The notes under the pieces: generated by a model
Database searches by the model: none
What the model was told of the DNA's origin: nothing
Seen by the model: the letters and a program-made list of their open reading frames with translations, nothing else
Made by a program: the position numbers and the translations under genes
Assembly (NCBI GenBank): GCA_965222225.1
Contig: CBDCTK010000002.1
Coordinates: 5,376,001-5,440,000 of the forward strand
Direction of reading: 5' to 3'
DNA length: 64,000 nucleotides
Source: Candidatus Poribacteria bacterium
GTDB lineage: Bacteria; Poribacteria; WGA-4E; JAJDTR01
Shown here: positions 20,551-31,448 of the stretch, in pieces
Numbering within the stretch: position 1 is the first letter of the stretch
How the letters are laid out: each line of letters starts with the position of its first letter

Positions 20551-20616
20551 AGCAGTGTCAAGGTTTTAACCTTGACACTGCTCTATAAGATACCCTATCA
20601 ACTCCACCCTTGTCAA
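20551..20616 (-). promoter_or_regulatory. promoter (TTGACA-N18-TATCTT) followed by a perfect 15-bp inverted repeat upstream of ylxM-ffh
   Basis: Minus-strand TTGACA at 20616-20611; AGCAGTGTCAAGGTT-tt-AACCTTGACACTGCT at 20551-20582. Confidence 0.6.
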
Positions 20617-20780
20617 TGGAAAATTAGAAAACTATCAGGGCAATCGCATCTGATTGTGAATGTATTGTAGAGTGGGCACCGCCCACCGCTTTTCGCCTTA
20701 TTGATTCACCACATGCGAAACACCAACGTGCGATCTGCAATCATCAAGTTACCGATTTCCCTTCTTCTCTGCTTTGTAGA

Positions 20781-20852
20781 GATCAACCGACCGAATAGGA
20801 TCACGCGAGCGATTAGCGAGTGCGATAGAGATCTTAAGGCGATAGAAATCCC
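20781..20852 (+). repeat. two nested hairpin units, duplicate of 4120-4191
   Basis: One substitution relative to 4120-4191; flanks also homologous. Confidence 0.9.
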
Positions 20853-21048
20853 TGCGCAGATCTGCGTTCCTTATCCTCTACTCGCCATCGCATTTACTGA
20901 TCGTTGGCGACTGTTCTTGCCGGTTTCCATCGGTAACCATCAAATCCCCAATTTTCCCCCTTCCCATCGCTTTTCATTTCTTCGTCTTGCCTAGTCTTAC
21001 ACTCTTTGCCCAGCCTTGTCACGGAGGCATACCTCACCACTATTATCG

Positions 21049-22392
21049 CTAAACCTTCTCACCCACCTTCTCCCTAGCTTCCAAAACCTTCGACACCACA
21101 GATTTGACATCATCCTCATCGACAAATGGTGACAGGATGTATGACTTCAAAGCGACGATAGGCTCGCCGTAACTGGTTCGCCGATAGCAATCCGTTATCG
21201 AAATGACAACCCCCTTGCCCGCCATCGCCTCCGAATGCACATAGTTATAGATCTCTCGGTTGTAGTCGTTATGTGAGAGCAAGCTATCGCGATCCGCTTC
21301 ATCCTCAAACTCCTGTCGCTTGATGGAAAACGTGTCCACACCAATCGGATAGGCGCGAAATAGCGTGACAGTACCGAAATTATCTCGATTCAACACGGTA
21401 GTGCCCTCCTGCCCTTCAAGATGTTCACGCAGCAGTTGCGTCATTTCAACAATGTGTCCAAGAACAGCTTGCAAACCCTCCTCGCCGAACAGGCGAAAAT
21501 TGGCGAGAGCCGCAAGCGGCCCCGTCCCCGATCTGGAGGTCTCAAGCGTGAACATTCCGGGGCGGTAGTCCCCAAAGTGATACAGATACGGCATCTGTTC
21601 CGGGTGTCGAGTCACCAATTCCAAATCCGATTGATCTTTGACGAGAACCAGGCTGGAAATATAAGGCGCAAACCCCGTTTTGTGAAAATCAATTCCAATG
21701 GAGTCCGCAAGAGATAAATGTCGTATTCGCCGACATGCCCCTGCTAACGCGCGGATGGTGCGTGGACGAAACCCGAGGCGGTCCTTCTCGATATCGTACT
21801 CCTTGAACACCGACCATGCCCACCTGATAACTGCGTCCGCGTGAATCTGCGGCTTGTAGTCAAGCTGAAACTCATCAACCAGCGTGTCGCGTAACGTCGC
21901 AATACTCTCTAAATCGTCTAATCCGAACGAATCGGTGGTGCCCGATGTCGCAATGATGGCGGCAATTTTTTTCCCGTCTCCTAATGCCGTACGATCCTGT
22001 TGCTCTAGTTGGGGGAGGTCAATTTCGTTTTCGACTGTTGTCGGGATTGTAATCAGATTGTTCGTTCCGATTCCTAGCCATCCCACAATGTTGGATGCGC
22101 AGTAGTGCCCCGCATCCGACACGAAAACCGCAATCTCTTCGGGCGTACCCTTCTGCATTGTTCCCGCACAGGTTTTCTCCAAGCCAAGCTTCACGCCATA
22201 GAGTGTTGTCCCGGTGCCGCCAAAAGTAAACACACCGCTCGATTTCTCCGGATCATAACCTATCAATCTGGAGGTCATGGCGACGACTTCAACCTCAGCC
22301 AATGCAACCAAACGGCTATACTAATCCCATGAGATATTCGGATTGTGCAAAGAGGCTAAGAGTACCCCAATCACGCTTGGAATTGTCGGCGG
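21049..22392 (-). pseudogene. group II PLP-dependent decarboxylase, N-terminally truncated and with an in-frame stop
   Basis: FGGTG, SGTT, HADA, DSIGIDFHK; the upstream frame continues PPTIPSVIGVLLASLHNPNISWD*YSRL (TAG at 22323-22321) and ends at the 22394 array. Confidence 0.8.
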
Positions 22393-22393
22393 G

Positions 22394-22488
22394 GATCAAC
22401 CGAGTGAACAGCGAGGGCGATAGTAAATCCCAAAGTGAGTGATCAAGCGACTGGATAAGGAGCGCGATAGAACTCCCATAGAGATCTT
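22394..22488 (+). repeat. array of hairpin units at the decarboxylase breakpoint
   Basis: Two complete units plus fragments; further single units at 22684-22720 and 22784-22820. Confidence 0.88.
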
Positions 22489-22888
22489 CTTGCCCCGCAT
22501 CGGAAAGACTTGATTGATGATGTTAATGCACTAATGCACTGTAAATAAAGGGAGATGGTATTACTTATCTTCGCCCGTTACTCCCTATGAAGTGAAGATA
22601 TCCAATGTGCCCATTCACCTGCTCACGAACACGGCAAGGGAATCATATCCATCGGCCCTCTTCGACAGATAGAGTTTCGTGGCGATCAAAGGAATGAATA
22701 GTGACTGCGATAGAGTTCCTTCCGCTCTCCCATCCATCCGTCTTTCCCTTTCTCCGCTTTAATAGCCTGCAGGTTGGGAGAACAATCAACGGAATGGATA
22801 ATGACCACGATAGCGCTCCCACCATCCTTTTGAAAGCACTGGCGGCACCAAAACCAACTAAGTGAAATGGCAAAACAATAGCTACATC

Positions 22889-24103
22889 CTAAAATTTCGC
22901 CTTAATCTGCAACCTCGCCTTATGCTGATACGGATTAGATTCGGAAGAGAGGATATTCTTTGCCGCGAAATATATTGCTTCCGTGCCGATATTCTCGGAA
23001 AGCGGCAGCGCAACTCTTAAGCCATGTCCCTGCGTATTCGGATTGAATATATCGGCATTATTATAGTTCGATATCATTGATTCTCGTTCAACCCAAACAT
23101 AGTAGTAACGTCCATGCAGTCTATGCAAGCCCGATATTGGCCCAACCCCGACTTCAAACCAATACGCCTCGTCATTGATGTCCGCCAATAGGTTTTGCGC
23201 ATAAACACCGGTAAACTTTGAAGGCATCGATCTGATTTCGGATTTATACTCTGCAAGCCACTCAACAATCCTAAACCCAAATAGATACGAGGATTCTCCT
23301 GTACCTGCCCCAATCCGCGCGTTCGTATCCCCACCACCTAATCTGCCATCCTCAACCGCTTGGGCGATGTTGTCCTCATTCCGATATTCATAGAGGATCG
23401 TACCAAGCGACAACCCTTCGAAATGCAATCCCCTAAAAAACAGTTGCCCCGCAAAGAGATTGGTATCCGGACCGCTCTTGGATTCCGCCAGAATGAATTG
23501 CCCAAGATTTACCTGTGCCTGACGAATCAAGCCGAAGTTATCTAGGCGAAACTGCTGCGCTGCCCCTTCAAACTGCACATCGTTGTGAAAGACCAACTCA
23601 ACACGTTCGAATGGATTGGCAAACTTACCAATTGTAAACGTCAGTAACGGATTCGGTGAATATCGGAGGAACAACCGATCGAGATTGAAATCCTTCTTCG
23701 AAAAATAATCGTCAAGGTCCACATTCCCTGTGGTCGGGTCATCCGTCGCACCCGTGACCATTCTGAATCCGAGATTAGCATGTGGCTGAATCGGAAAGTT
23801 TCCACCCAAACGGAATCTGATGCGATACCGATAGCGGCTCGGAGAACCCTCCCGAAAAATGCTTTCCTGACGAAATCTGCCATCGGCGGAGAAATACGTC
23901 CTCCAAAGTTCCTTGGCTATCTGAGATGTCTCTCGATCGCCTGACTCTGAAACGTCGAGGGCGCCAGCCTCCTGCCATTGTTGTCCTTTGGACGATGCCA
24001 GTACTTCACCGGCAATAGCCAGAACCAAGAGAACGGTAAAAAACACATTAACACGAGTGCCAAACCCGGCGTTTACAATTCTGTTTGTTTCCCCGTGGCA
24101 CAT
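22889..24103 (-). CDS. putative outer-membrane porin (beta-barrel)
   Basis: Signal-like segment, R.RYRIRFRLG, DPTTGN, GKFANPF..ELVF..DVQFEG, C-terminal F; start uncertain. Confidence 0.75.
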   Translation of the reverse strand: MCHGETNRIVNAGFGTRVNVFFTVLLVLAIAGEVLASSKGQQWQEAGALDVSESGDRETSQIAKELWRTYFSADGRFRQESIFREGSPSRYRYRIRFRLGGNFPIQPHANLGFRMVTGATDDPTTGNVDLDDYFSKKDFNLDRLFLRYSPNPLLTFTIGKFANPFERVELVFHNDVQFEGAAQQFRLDNFGLIRQAQVNLGQFILAESKSGPDTNLFAGQLFFRGLHFEGLSLGTILYEYRNEDNIAQAVEDGRLGGGDTNARIGAGTGESSYLFGFRIVEWLAEYKSEIRSMPSKFTGVYAQNLLADINDEAYWFEVGVGPISGLHRLHGRYYYVWVERESMISNYNNADIFNPNTQGHGLRVALPLSENIGTEAIYFAAKNILSSESNPYQHKARLQIKAKF

Positions 24104-24117
24104 AGCTTTCCTTAATT

Positions 24118-25020
24118 CTACCAATTGGAATCGTACTCCCATCCTGACCGTTGCTTCCCGTATCGTGTCCCGTTCAACTCGGTTTGATGGCAGTCCAAGC
24201 ATCTGTCATAGACACTCACACCGTGCACCTCATGCGCAAACTGGATGTCTGGAGTGTTGTGAACGTGGCACGTTCGACAGGTGTAGGTTCTATAAACTGA
24301 ATCGGCGTATATATTAAGCCCCTCCGTTTCTTTTCTGACGATGTATTTCCGTTGATTGTTGAGGTCGGTTATCAACCATTCGGACGCTTCCCTTCTCGTT
24401 GCCACGGTGGCATGTTGGGAGATTGGTATGCTTCGAACCTCGAACTCCCACTGAATATTTCCTGATAGAGTTTCATCTACATTTAGCTCGCTCTCAGATT
24501 CTCCATCCATGCTAAACACCAACGGTTTTGACGTATGACACTTTGCGCACGGAATGTCGTGTTCTTCAGTCAAAGGAAAGAATTCATCGTGCTCAAGTTT
24601 CTCACGACCATGAACGAGAATTGCAATGAGCAAAATGGGTGCCAGTGCCAAATGACAACGCAGCACAATGCGTCGAGACTGTGCTTTCGTGAGACTCACC
24701 GCAACCCCGGTTCCCAGATTGAGCCAAGCTAAACCAAACGTCAGCCATGAGTGCCATGTCTCTGGTTTAACGCTTGAATGAATCAAAACAAGGCACAAAC
24801 CGAACGACGCAAGCCCCTGGTGATATTTTAACAACCGGCTCCGATTCCCCCATCGAAAGAGTCGGGTTCGCAAAATATAGAGGCTGGCAATCACAATTGC
24901 AATGGCGCCGATAATGCTCAGCGTATGCCGTGATTCACCAAAGCTGGATTGGAGAATGAACACAACGGATACGGCGACAGCGGCGAGGACGCCAATTGCC
25001 ATCTGCAAGAACGGCTGCAT
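24118..25020 (-). CDS. membrane-anchored multihaem cytochrome c (3 CxxCH)
   Basis: About five hydrophobic helices with His residues, then CAKCH, CRTCH and CLDCH; start uncertain. Confidence 0.75.
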   Translation of the reverse strand: MQPFLQMAIGVLAAVAVSVVFILQSSFGESRHTLSIIGAIAIVIASLYILRTRLFRWGNRSRLLKYHQGLASFGLCLVLIHSSVKPETWHSWLTFGLAWLNLGTGVAVSLTKAQSRRIVLRCHLALAPILLIAILVHGREKLEHDEFFPLTEEHDIPCAKCHTSKPLVFSMDGESESELNVDETLSGNIQWEFEVRSIPISQHATVATRREASEWLITDLNNQRKYIVRKETEGLNIYADSVYRTYTCRTCHVHNTPDIQFAHEVHGVSVYDRCLDCHQTELNGTRYGKQRSGWEYDSNW

Positions 25021-25244
25021 ACCGAAAGTTGTCCTTTTGTGTTTCGCTACTACAAATTTGATCTTGACGGTTTCTTCGGAAACGTAGCAGACGCGCAAAT
25101 TGTACCACATCCTGTGCGTGTTGAAAACACATATATGGGACGGCACCTATACCGTCCCATGAGTGTTGTAGGGATCGATCCTACCTTTGTCGCCTTTAGG
25201 AGGGAATTCCGATTTCCGACACTAGATAGCCAGTTGTAGGGTGG

Positions 25245-25281
25245 GATCAAAGGAATGGACAATGACTGCGATAGAGATCCC
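25245..25281 (+). repeat. single hairpin unit in REP GTAGGGTGGG[CA]CCGCCCACC
   Basis: Uninterrupted analogue GTAGAGTGGGCACCGCCCACC at 20667. Confidence 0.9.
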
Positions 25282-25504
25282 CCGCCCACCATTAAATACC
25301 TATTGGTAATTTACGTCTTCATGTTTGAAGAGGACAAATCGCGACACAATCAAATCATTTTGAACGGAGTTGACCGTCTTGTCAAGCGTACCATTCACCA
25401 GAGACAATTTGATGCTTGCATTAAAAGCCGGACTGTGATAGTGTCTAAGGCCACAAAGCCGCATGGTATTCCTCTACGAATAACAACAACGAGACGAAAA
25501 CAAG

Positions 25505-26157
25505 GTGGGACCTTTCTTATCTTTGCTCGCTCTAGGCTTTTCAGTTGCCAGCACTCCCAACGAGACTGAAGTCCAACTGATGGCTGGCGCCGCGGAGATT
25601 GCCGTCAATCCGCTCTATCCTGACACGGAAGGACTAGAAGCCTACGGTGACCTCTATGCACGCACGTTGGTGCTCGGCCACGGCACACAGCGCATAGCAA
25701 TCGTCACGGTGGATGTCGGCACGCTTCTTTTCCCTTTATCAACGTCCTGCTCAAGTCGATTAGCCATGCGACTGGCATTCCCGAGGGAAACATCGCCGTC
25801 AACTGGAGCCATTCGCACAACGCCACCCTTATCGAATCAGGCCCCTATCAGAAATGGTTGAATAGCCATATCGTCCGAATAGTGAGAAGCGCCTGCATTA
25901 ACCTCGTCTGTCTCCTTGGAGAGCGGTTCGCGGAATATCAGTTATTTGCAGTTGAGATTTCCCCGTTTTCGCATACCTTGGTGCTGGGTGACACCAACGG
26001 GCGCGTAGGCTACCTGGCGACAAAAAAAGACTACGACTTGGGGCATGCGGGCGGTTACGAGGCTTCCTCAAAAGGCCGCCTGAACTTGGATCCATCCGTC
26101 GAGGGAATACTCCAATACGGAATTAGACGCCTTTTGAACGAATTGATGGCGAAGTAA
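25505..26157 (+). pseudogene. neutral/alkaline ceramidase-like hydrolase remnant
   Basis: AGAAEI.VNP, DLYARTLVL, frameshift near 25730 into ATGIPEGNIAVNWSHSH, C-terminal GYL......GGYE; middle missing. Confidence 0.6.
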
Positions 26158-26214
26158 ATCTAGGAACGCTGAGACTGTTTGAGACCCCAAACTGAATAAA
26201 TCCACCGTAGGAGC

Positions 26215-26275
26215 GATCAAACGAGTGGACAACGTGAGCGATAGCAGATCCCATAGTGAGGGCGATAGAAATCCC
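26215..26275 (+). repeat. hairpin unit plus 3' fragment in a GTAG REP
   Basis: GTAGGAGC-GATCAA...AAATCCC-ACTCCGAATCGCGAC; uninterrupted analogue at 32843. Confidence 0.85.
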
Positions 26276-26366
26276 ACTCCGAATCGCGACTTTCTGACGC
26301 TGCGTAATTCTTAAATTGAGAAATCACCCTGAATCTGAAACCAAGTGAGACAAGGAGGAGTTGGCA

Positions 26367-27548
26367 ATGGCGCGTTTAGGTAAAGAAGAGGAACAAGCTG
26401 TTCTAAAAGTCTTGAGATCGGGTGAACTCTGTCGATTCGGCCCCGAGGAATCCACCGTCGCCGCTTTTGAGAGTGGCATTGCAGAAAAGTTTGGCGTCAA
26501 ACATGTGCTTGCGACAAACGGTGGCACCGCCTCTTTAATCGTTGCGTTATACGCTGCCGGCGTTGGCCTTGGCGATGAGGTCATCGTTTCGGGATTCACC
26601 TGGATTGCGACGCCATCAGCCGTCGCGATCGCGAACGCCGTTCCGATTATAGCAGAGATTGATGAATCCCTTTCAATCGATCCTGACGACATCGAAGCCA
26701 AGATTACGCCGCGCACGAAAGCTATCATACCCGTCCATATGTTGGGCATGCCATCCGATATGCCTAGAATAAAAGCATTAGCCGAAAAACACAATCTCGT
26801 GGTAATTGAAGATTGCGCACAAGCGATGGGAGCTTCTGTCAACGGCAAAAGAGTTGGCACATACGGTGACATCGGATGTTTCAGCCTGCAGCAGAGCAAA
26901 ATCCTCATTACCGGCGAAGGGGGTGTCGTGATGACGGATGATGATAATCTGTACGATAGAGCACGCATGACGCACGATGCTGGCAATTTGTGGGGAATCT
27001 CAAAGCAATCCGAAGCCGCCTTCCCGGGCATGAACTTCAGGATGGATGAGATTCGTGGTGCCGTGGCCTCGGTGCAATTGACGCGTCTGGATGACTTTCT
27101 GGAAAACACGAGAATCCGGAATGCCAAACTACGCGAAGCCATCGCCGGTGTAGACGGTATTGAGACGCGAAAACTCCACGATGGGGACGGTGATTGCAAT
27201 ATTTCGGTCGCATTTTTCCTCCCGACCCCGGATCTGGCGGTCAAGTTTGGAGAGGCAATGCACAAACACGGTGTTGGTGGCAGTCCAATGTACGCTCACG
27301 GAAATGGAGACAGGCACGTTTATTCAAATTGGCACTATATCCTTGAAAAGAAAACCTATCATCCCAACGGTTTGCCGTACTCGCATCCTGCCTACGAAGG
27401 TAAAATTCATTATTCCGATCGAATGTGCCCTAGGACGCTGGACTATCTAAGTCGCGCGATTCGCATCGGTATTCAGCCCGACATGACCGATGAGGCGATT
27501 GACAAAACCGCAAACGCCGTCCGTTTGGCGGCGCGAGATGTATTATAA
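26367..27548 (+). CDS. DegT/DnrJ/EryC1/StrS family PLP-dependent aminotransferase
   Basis: GGTASL, GDEVI, TKAIIPVHMLG, IEDCAQA, FSLQQSKILITGEGG, GMNFRM. Confidence 0.93.
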   Translation: MARLGKEEEQAVLKVLRSGELCRFGPEESTVAAFESGIAEKFGVKHVLATNGGTASLIVALYAAGVGLGDEVIVSGFTWIATPSAVAIANAVPIIAEIDESLSIDPDDIEAKITPRTKAIIPVHMLGMPSDMPRIKALAEKHNLVVIEDCAQAMGASVNGKRVGTYGDIGCFSLQQSKILITGEGGVVMTDDDNLYDRARMTHDAGNLWGISKQSEAAFPGMNFRMDEIRGAVASVQLTRLDDFLENTRIRNAKLREAIAGVDGIETRKLHDGDGDCNISVAFFLPTPDLAVKFGEAMHKHGVGGSPMYAHGNGDRHVYSNWHYILEKKTYHPNGLPYSHPAYEGKIHYSDRMCPRTLDYLSRAIRIGIQPDMTDEAIDKTANAVRLAARDVL

Positions 27549-27614
27549 CCCGGTAGTGGGCATACTCGGTATGCCGTAACCCTTAACCCGTCGTAACCGA
27601 CATCGAAAAACAAC

Positions 27615-28361
27615 ATGCTTACAATAGACCAGATAGCACACTTCGATCGTGACGGATTTGTATTCGTCGAAGGTATGTTCTCGATTACTGAAGTCGACAT
27701 CCTACGCAAAGCTGTCAAATCAGCTTCGCGTGTACGGAAGCATACCATTGTGGCGCACGATGCCGATGATAATGAGTCTCCAATAGCAATATGGAGAGAT
27801 ATCGGAGAGGACGTTTTCGGCGTCGTGTCGGCAAGCCCTCGCATTGTCAACTCCATGAGAGCATTGCTTCGGGAGGATGTCTACCACTGGCATAGTAAGG
27901 TGATGCTCAAATACCCCGAAGGCGGCGGCGCGTGGGAATGGCATCAAGACTACGGCTACTGGTATGGAGACGGCTGTGCCTATCCGCGATTGGCTTCTGC
28001 CATGATTACCATTGATGAGGCGATGAAAGTCAACGGCTGCTTGAAAGTCATGGTCGGTTCACACTTGCTGGGGCGCCTCGACCACGGTCATGTGGGAAAC
28101 CAGCATGGAGCCGAACCTGAACGTGCCGAAGCCCTCGAGTCGATGCTCCCCGTGCATTATGTGGAAGCCAAGCCGGGCAGTGTACTGTTCCTCCACTGCA
28201 ATCTCCTCCACACCTCCGACGCCAATATGTCAAAGCTCCCACGCCTCGCCTACATCTGCTGCTACAACGCGTTTTCCAATATTCCTATTCTCGGGCCAAG
28301 TCACGGCCTGCCCGTTCCCATCCAATTAGGCCCCGACGACGCAATCCTCCAATTCGCCTGA
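27615..28361 (+). CDS. phytanoyl-CoA dioxygenase (PhyH) family, EctD-like
   Basis: F.RDGF, HSKVMLK, WHQD, NGCL.V..GSH, H.NLLH.S..N, R. Confidence 0.9.
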   Translation: MLTIDQIAHFDRDGFVFVEGMFSITEVDILRKAVKSASRVRKHTIVAHDADDNESPIAIWRDIGEDVFGVVSASPRIVNSMRALLREDVYHWHSKVMLKYPEGGGAWEWHQDYGYWYGDGCAYPRLASAMITIDEAMKVNGCLKVMVGSHLLGRLDHGHVGNQHGAEPERAEALESMLPVHYVEAKPGSVLFLHCNLLHTSDANMSKLPRLAYICCYNAFSNIPILGPSHGLPVPIQLGPDDAILQFA

Positions 28362-28475
28362 GACGATGTCTGCGAATATTCCACTTAAAACCGAGTTTTT
28401 TCTTGAAATCTCGATTTTTAAAAATGGTTTGGAACAACCAGCCATCAGCAAATCGCCGATTTTCCCTCTTATTGC

Positions 28476-28611
28476 GATCGGGCGAGTGAATAACGATCAA
28501 CTGAGATCAAACGAGTGAATAATGTGCGCGATAGCGATCTTTGATAGCGAAGGCGATAGTAAATCCCATAGTGAACGCGATAGCAAATCCCGTGCGATAG
28601 AGATTCCATAG
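28476..28611 (+). repeat. nested array of hairpin units
   Basis: 5' halves and 3' halves that re-pair across the inner unit. Confidence 0.88.
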
Positions 28612-28649
28612 AACACGGTGAGACCCAACTATTTAGCTGCCCCGTCTCC

Positions 28650-29306
28650 CTAAAAAGGGCATTCATCCCGCAGTACGCACTCCTCGCAGCACGGGGTTTT
28701 TCGACATATTCTTGAGCTGTGACGGTCAATTAGCGCATGAAATTCGCTGAACAAACCTACATCATGAGGGAGCGCGTCCATAAACATTGCTTGGAGTTTG
28801 TCATAGTCGTATTTCCCCGTTATCCAGCCCAGTCGAGAGAGCAAACGATGAGTATAAGAATCAATCACAAAGATTGCCTTCTCCGCTGCATAGAGTATGA
28901 TAGAATCCGCGGTTTCGTTTCCAATTCCATAGATCGAGAGCAATTCGTCCCGCAACGTGAACACGTCGGCAGCAAACAGTGAATCCAGCCGATAGTTGTG
29001 GTGTGTCTCCAAATGCGCCAAGAACGCCCTCAGCTTCTTCGCTTTGACGCGGAAATAGCCGGAAGGTCGCACAAGTTCCTCCAGTTGTGGCTGCGGAATC
29101 TTCCCTAGCTTTGAAGGCGTGAGAAGATCTGCACCCCTCAGATTTCCGATTGCTTTGACGACATTTCGCCACGCAGTTGATTGCACCAATATGGCTCCGA
29201 GAATCACCTCAAAGGGTGTGTCTGCGGGCCACCAAGCCTGCGAGCCATACGCCGCCTTCAGTTGGATATAAAGTTTCAGTAGCTTGTCACGCGTAGGTTC
29301 ATTCAT
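28650..29306 (-). CDS. endonuclease III-related HhH-GPD protein
   Basis: WWPADTPFEV..GAILVQ.T.W.NV, LLSIYGIG.ETAD, VIDSY, C-terminal 4Fe-4S cysteines. Confidence 0.92.
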   Translation of the reverse strand: MNEPTRDKLLKLYIQLKAAYGSQAWWPADTPFEVILGAILVQSTAWRNVVKAIGNLRGADLLTPSKLGKIPQPQLEELVRPSGYFRVKAKKLRAFLAHLETHHNYRLDSLFAADVFTLRDELLSIYGIGNETADSIILYAAEKAIFVIDSYTHRLLSRLGWITGKYDYDKLQAMFMDALPHDVGLFSEFHALIDRHSSRICRKTPCCEECVLRDECPF

Positions 29307-29326
29307 TCAAACACCTAGGTATAAAA

Positions 29327-30553
29327 TTACGAATTGTGCATCATGCCTGTTGTGCCGGGATCACCAGCTACCAATGCCTCGTACATTCCTTGCAATTTTT
29401 CCCCGATTCGCCGCCAATCGTATTCGGCTTCGACACGTCGCCTCCCGTTGTCGCCAAGTTCCCGTCGCATCGCTTTGTCTACCATCAAATGAACAACGGC
29501 ATCGGCAAACTTGGTTGGCTCGTCGGCAATCATAATTTCATCTCCCACTGTCAAATTCAATCCCTCGGCACCAACGCTTGTCGACACGACCGCCTTACCC
29601 ATAGCCAATGCCTCTAGAATTTTCAGACGTGTGCCGCCGCCAATCCTTAACGCCACAACATAAACCGTGGCGCGTGCGATATGCGGTTTAACGTCGTCAA
29701 CTCGACCGGTGACGACAACTCCGGGGCGATTGCCGTAACGCTTCAAGCGCTCGGTGGGAGACTGGCCGACAACATAGAATCTCAAGTTTGGATACTTTGT
29801 CTGAATTATGGGAAGTATTTCCTCTATAAAGTAGATAGCGGCATCTTCGTTCGGAAACCAATCCATACTACCCGTATAAATTAGCGCTGTCTCCTCTTCA
29901 TCTTCATGATTTGGCTGATACAGCTCGGTATCAACACCGTTGGGAATCACGTCCGCACTAAGGCCCGGACAAATCTCATTCATGAGATTGCGGTCGACCT
30001 CTGACGCACAAGCGACAAGGTCAAAACGATTGCTCATGGTACGCTCGTATCGTCTAAACGCGCGCTCCTGCGTCCAAAAAACGCATTTTCGAAGAGGGTT
30101 TGACGTTTGTTCGCGAAGGCGGCGCCAGATGTGCGAATCAACGTTCTGCAGGGATAGCAAACTCTTTGCGTTTGTTCCTAGGTGATACTGACCGGTATGG
30201 AGCATCTCATAGTGGATAAGATCAAAGCTACCCGTCTCCAGCAATGAATGGAACTCTCGCCGAAATGCGGGCACATCATACCGTGCAACAGTCAGTGGTT
30301 TTCGCTTCAAAGCCGCTTGGCTCCCGGATCGTAGGTTGATTAGTGGTAAACGGGAGCAACGTGGAACAAGGTGCGCTTCAATCCCAAGACTCCGAAGATA
30401 CTCAGTTCCTTCCCCGTCTGTCGGTTGTGTTTCTAAGGCTAAAAACGTAACCCGGTTCCGCTGAGCGACCTGCTTGAGAAGATTCAGCACCCGAAGGCGC
30501 CCGCCGTCAGTCGCTGGAAAGGGGACAGTGATTGATAGGAAAAGAAGTCTCAT
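29327..30553 (-). CDS. glycosyltransferase family 4 (GT-B)
   Basis: PFP..DGG..R, IPNGVD, YTGSMDW.PN.DA, GGGTRLKILEALAMG..VVST..GAEG. Confidence 0.92.
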   Translation of the reverse strand: MRLLFLSITVPFPATDGGRLRVLNLLKQVAQRNRVTFLALETQPTDGEGTEYLRSLGIEAHLVPRCSRLPLINLRSGSQAALKRKPLTVARYDVPAFRREFHSLLETGSFDLIHYEMLHTGQYHLGTNAKSLLSLQNVDSHIWRRLREQTSNPLRKCVFWTQERAFRRYERTMSNRFDLVACASEVDRNLMNEICPGLSADVIPNGVDTELYQPNHEDEEETALIYTGSMDWFPNEDAAIYFIEEILPIIQTKYPNLRFYVVGQSPTERLKRYGNRPGVVVTGRVDDVKPHIARATVYVVALRIGGGTRLKILEALAMGKAVVSTSVGAEGLNLTVGDEIMIADEPTKFADAVVHLMVDKAMRRELGDNGRRRVEAEYDWRRIGEKLQGMYEALVAGDPGTTGMMHNS

Positions 30554-30945
30554 AAGCCAGTTTCAATCGTAAGCCTAACATTTTGAGGACAATGTGGAAG
30601 AAAGGTACACGCTCCCCGCCAGATTGGGAAATCCAACAACTCTTCATTCAACCGTTTGTTTGGCCTTCGTTCTTTTGCTCCAGAGCGGGATGGAGATTGG
30701 TCTTCGACGTTTGTAAAACGGGTATAGCTTCCCTTCTTCTGCTCTTCCTAGTCGATATGGAAGATAAACCATTGTTATTCAATCTCACCTAGGAACAGTT
30801 TTGTAGGGTGCGCACTGCGCACCAGCCTTTGAAAGCGCCAGCGGCGCGACAGGCAACAACACTCAAATGCCCAAAAAGGGCTTTGCCTTCTACTTTTCAA
30901 ACAGGCTATTATTAATCGAACTCGCCTAGAAGCAGGTTCGAAAGT

Positions 30946-31281
30946 TCAATATAGCTGGTCCGTCTTTGCCGCTGCGATGAAATCGTTGCGGTGCAATCCT
31001 CGTATTTTGTGAGTCCACCACGTGACCGTCACTCTGCCCCATTCTGTCAAAAGTGCGGGGTGATGCCCTTCCGCCTCCGCCAATTCTCCCACCTTGTTTG
31101 TGAAGGACAGCGCTTGGGGAAAATCGTCGAATTTGAAAACACGCTCCAGCCTCTTGATGTTCTCGCGTTCCACAATCTCCCATTCCGGGGTTTGTGGTAG
31201 AAATTCTGCAATCTCTGCCTCCGTAACTCTAGGGGCGTCTCTCCGACATGCAACACATTTCATTTGCGTTAACTCAGCCAT
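30946..31281 (-). CDS. phhB: pterin-4-alpha-carbinolamine dehydratase
   Basis: [31 protein letters not shown]. Confidence 0.95.
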   Translation of the reverse strand: MAELTQMKCVACRRDAPRVTEAEIAEFLPQTPEWEIVERENIKRLERVFKFDDFPQALSFTNKVGELAEAEGHHPALLTEWGRVTVTWWTHKIRGLHRNDFIAAAKTDQLY

Positions 31282-31411
31282 AATTCTTAGCTCCTATAAA
31301 TTGTTTGGTGATTCCGCTACCCACGAATCTTTAGCAAAGCAATTGTATTATCCTAAATCTGACAGGAATTTTCAACAGATATAGAACCTACCCAATTCGG
31401 CGTGTAGGAGC

Positions 31412-31448
31412 GATCAAGCGAACGAATAGTGAGTGCGATAGAGGTCCT
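31412..31448 (+). repeat. single hairpin unit in the stem of REP GCG[AG]CT-cc-AGCTCGC
   Basis: Palindrome symmetry indicates AG is missing at the insertion site. Confidence 0.9.
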
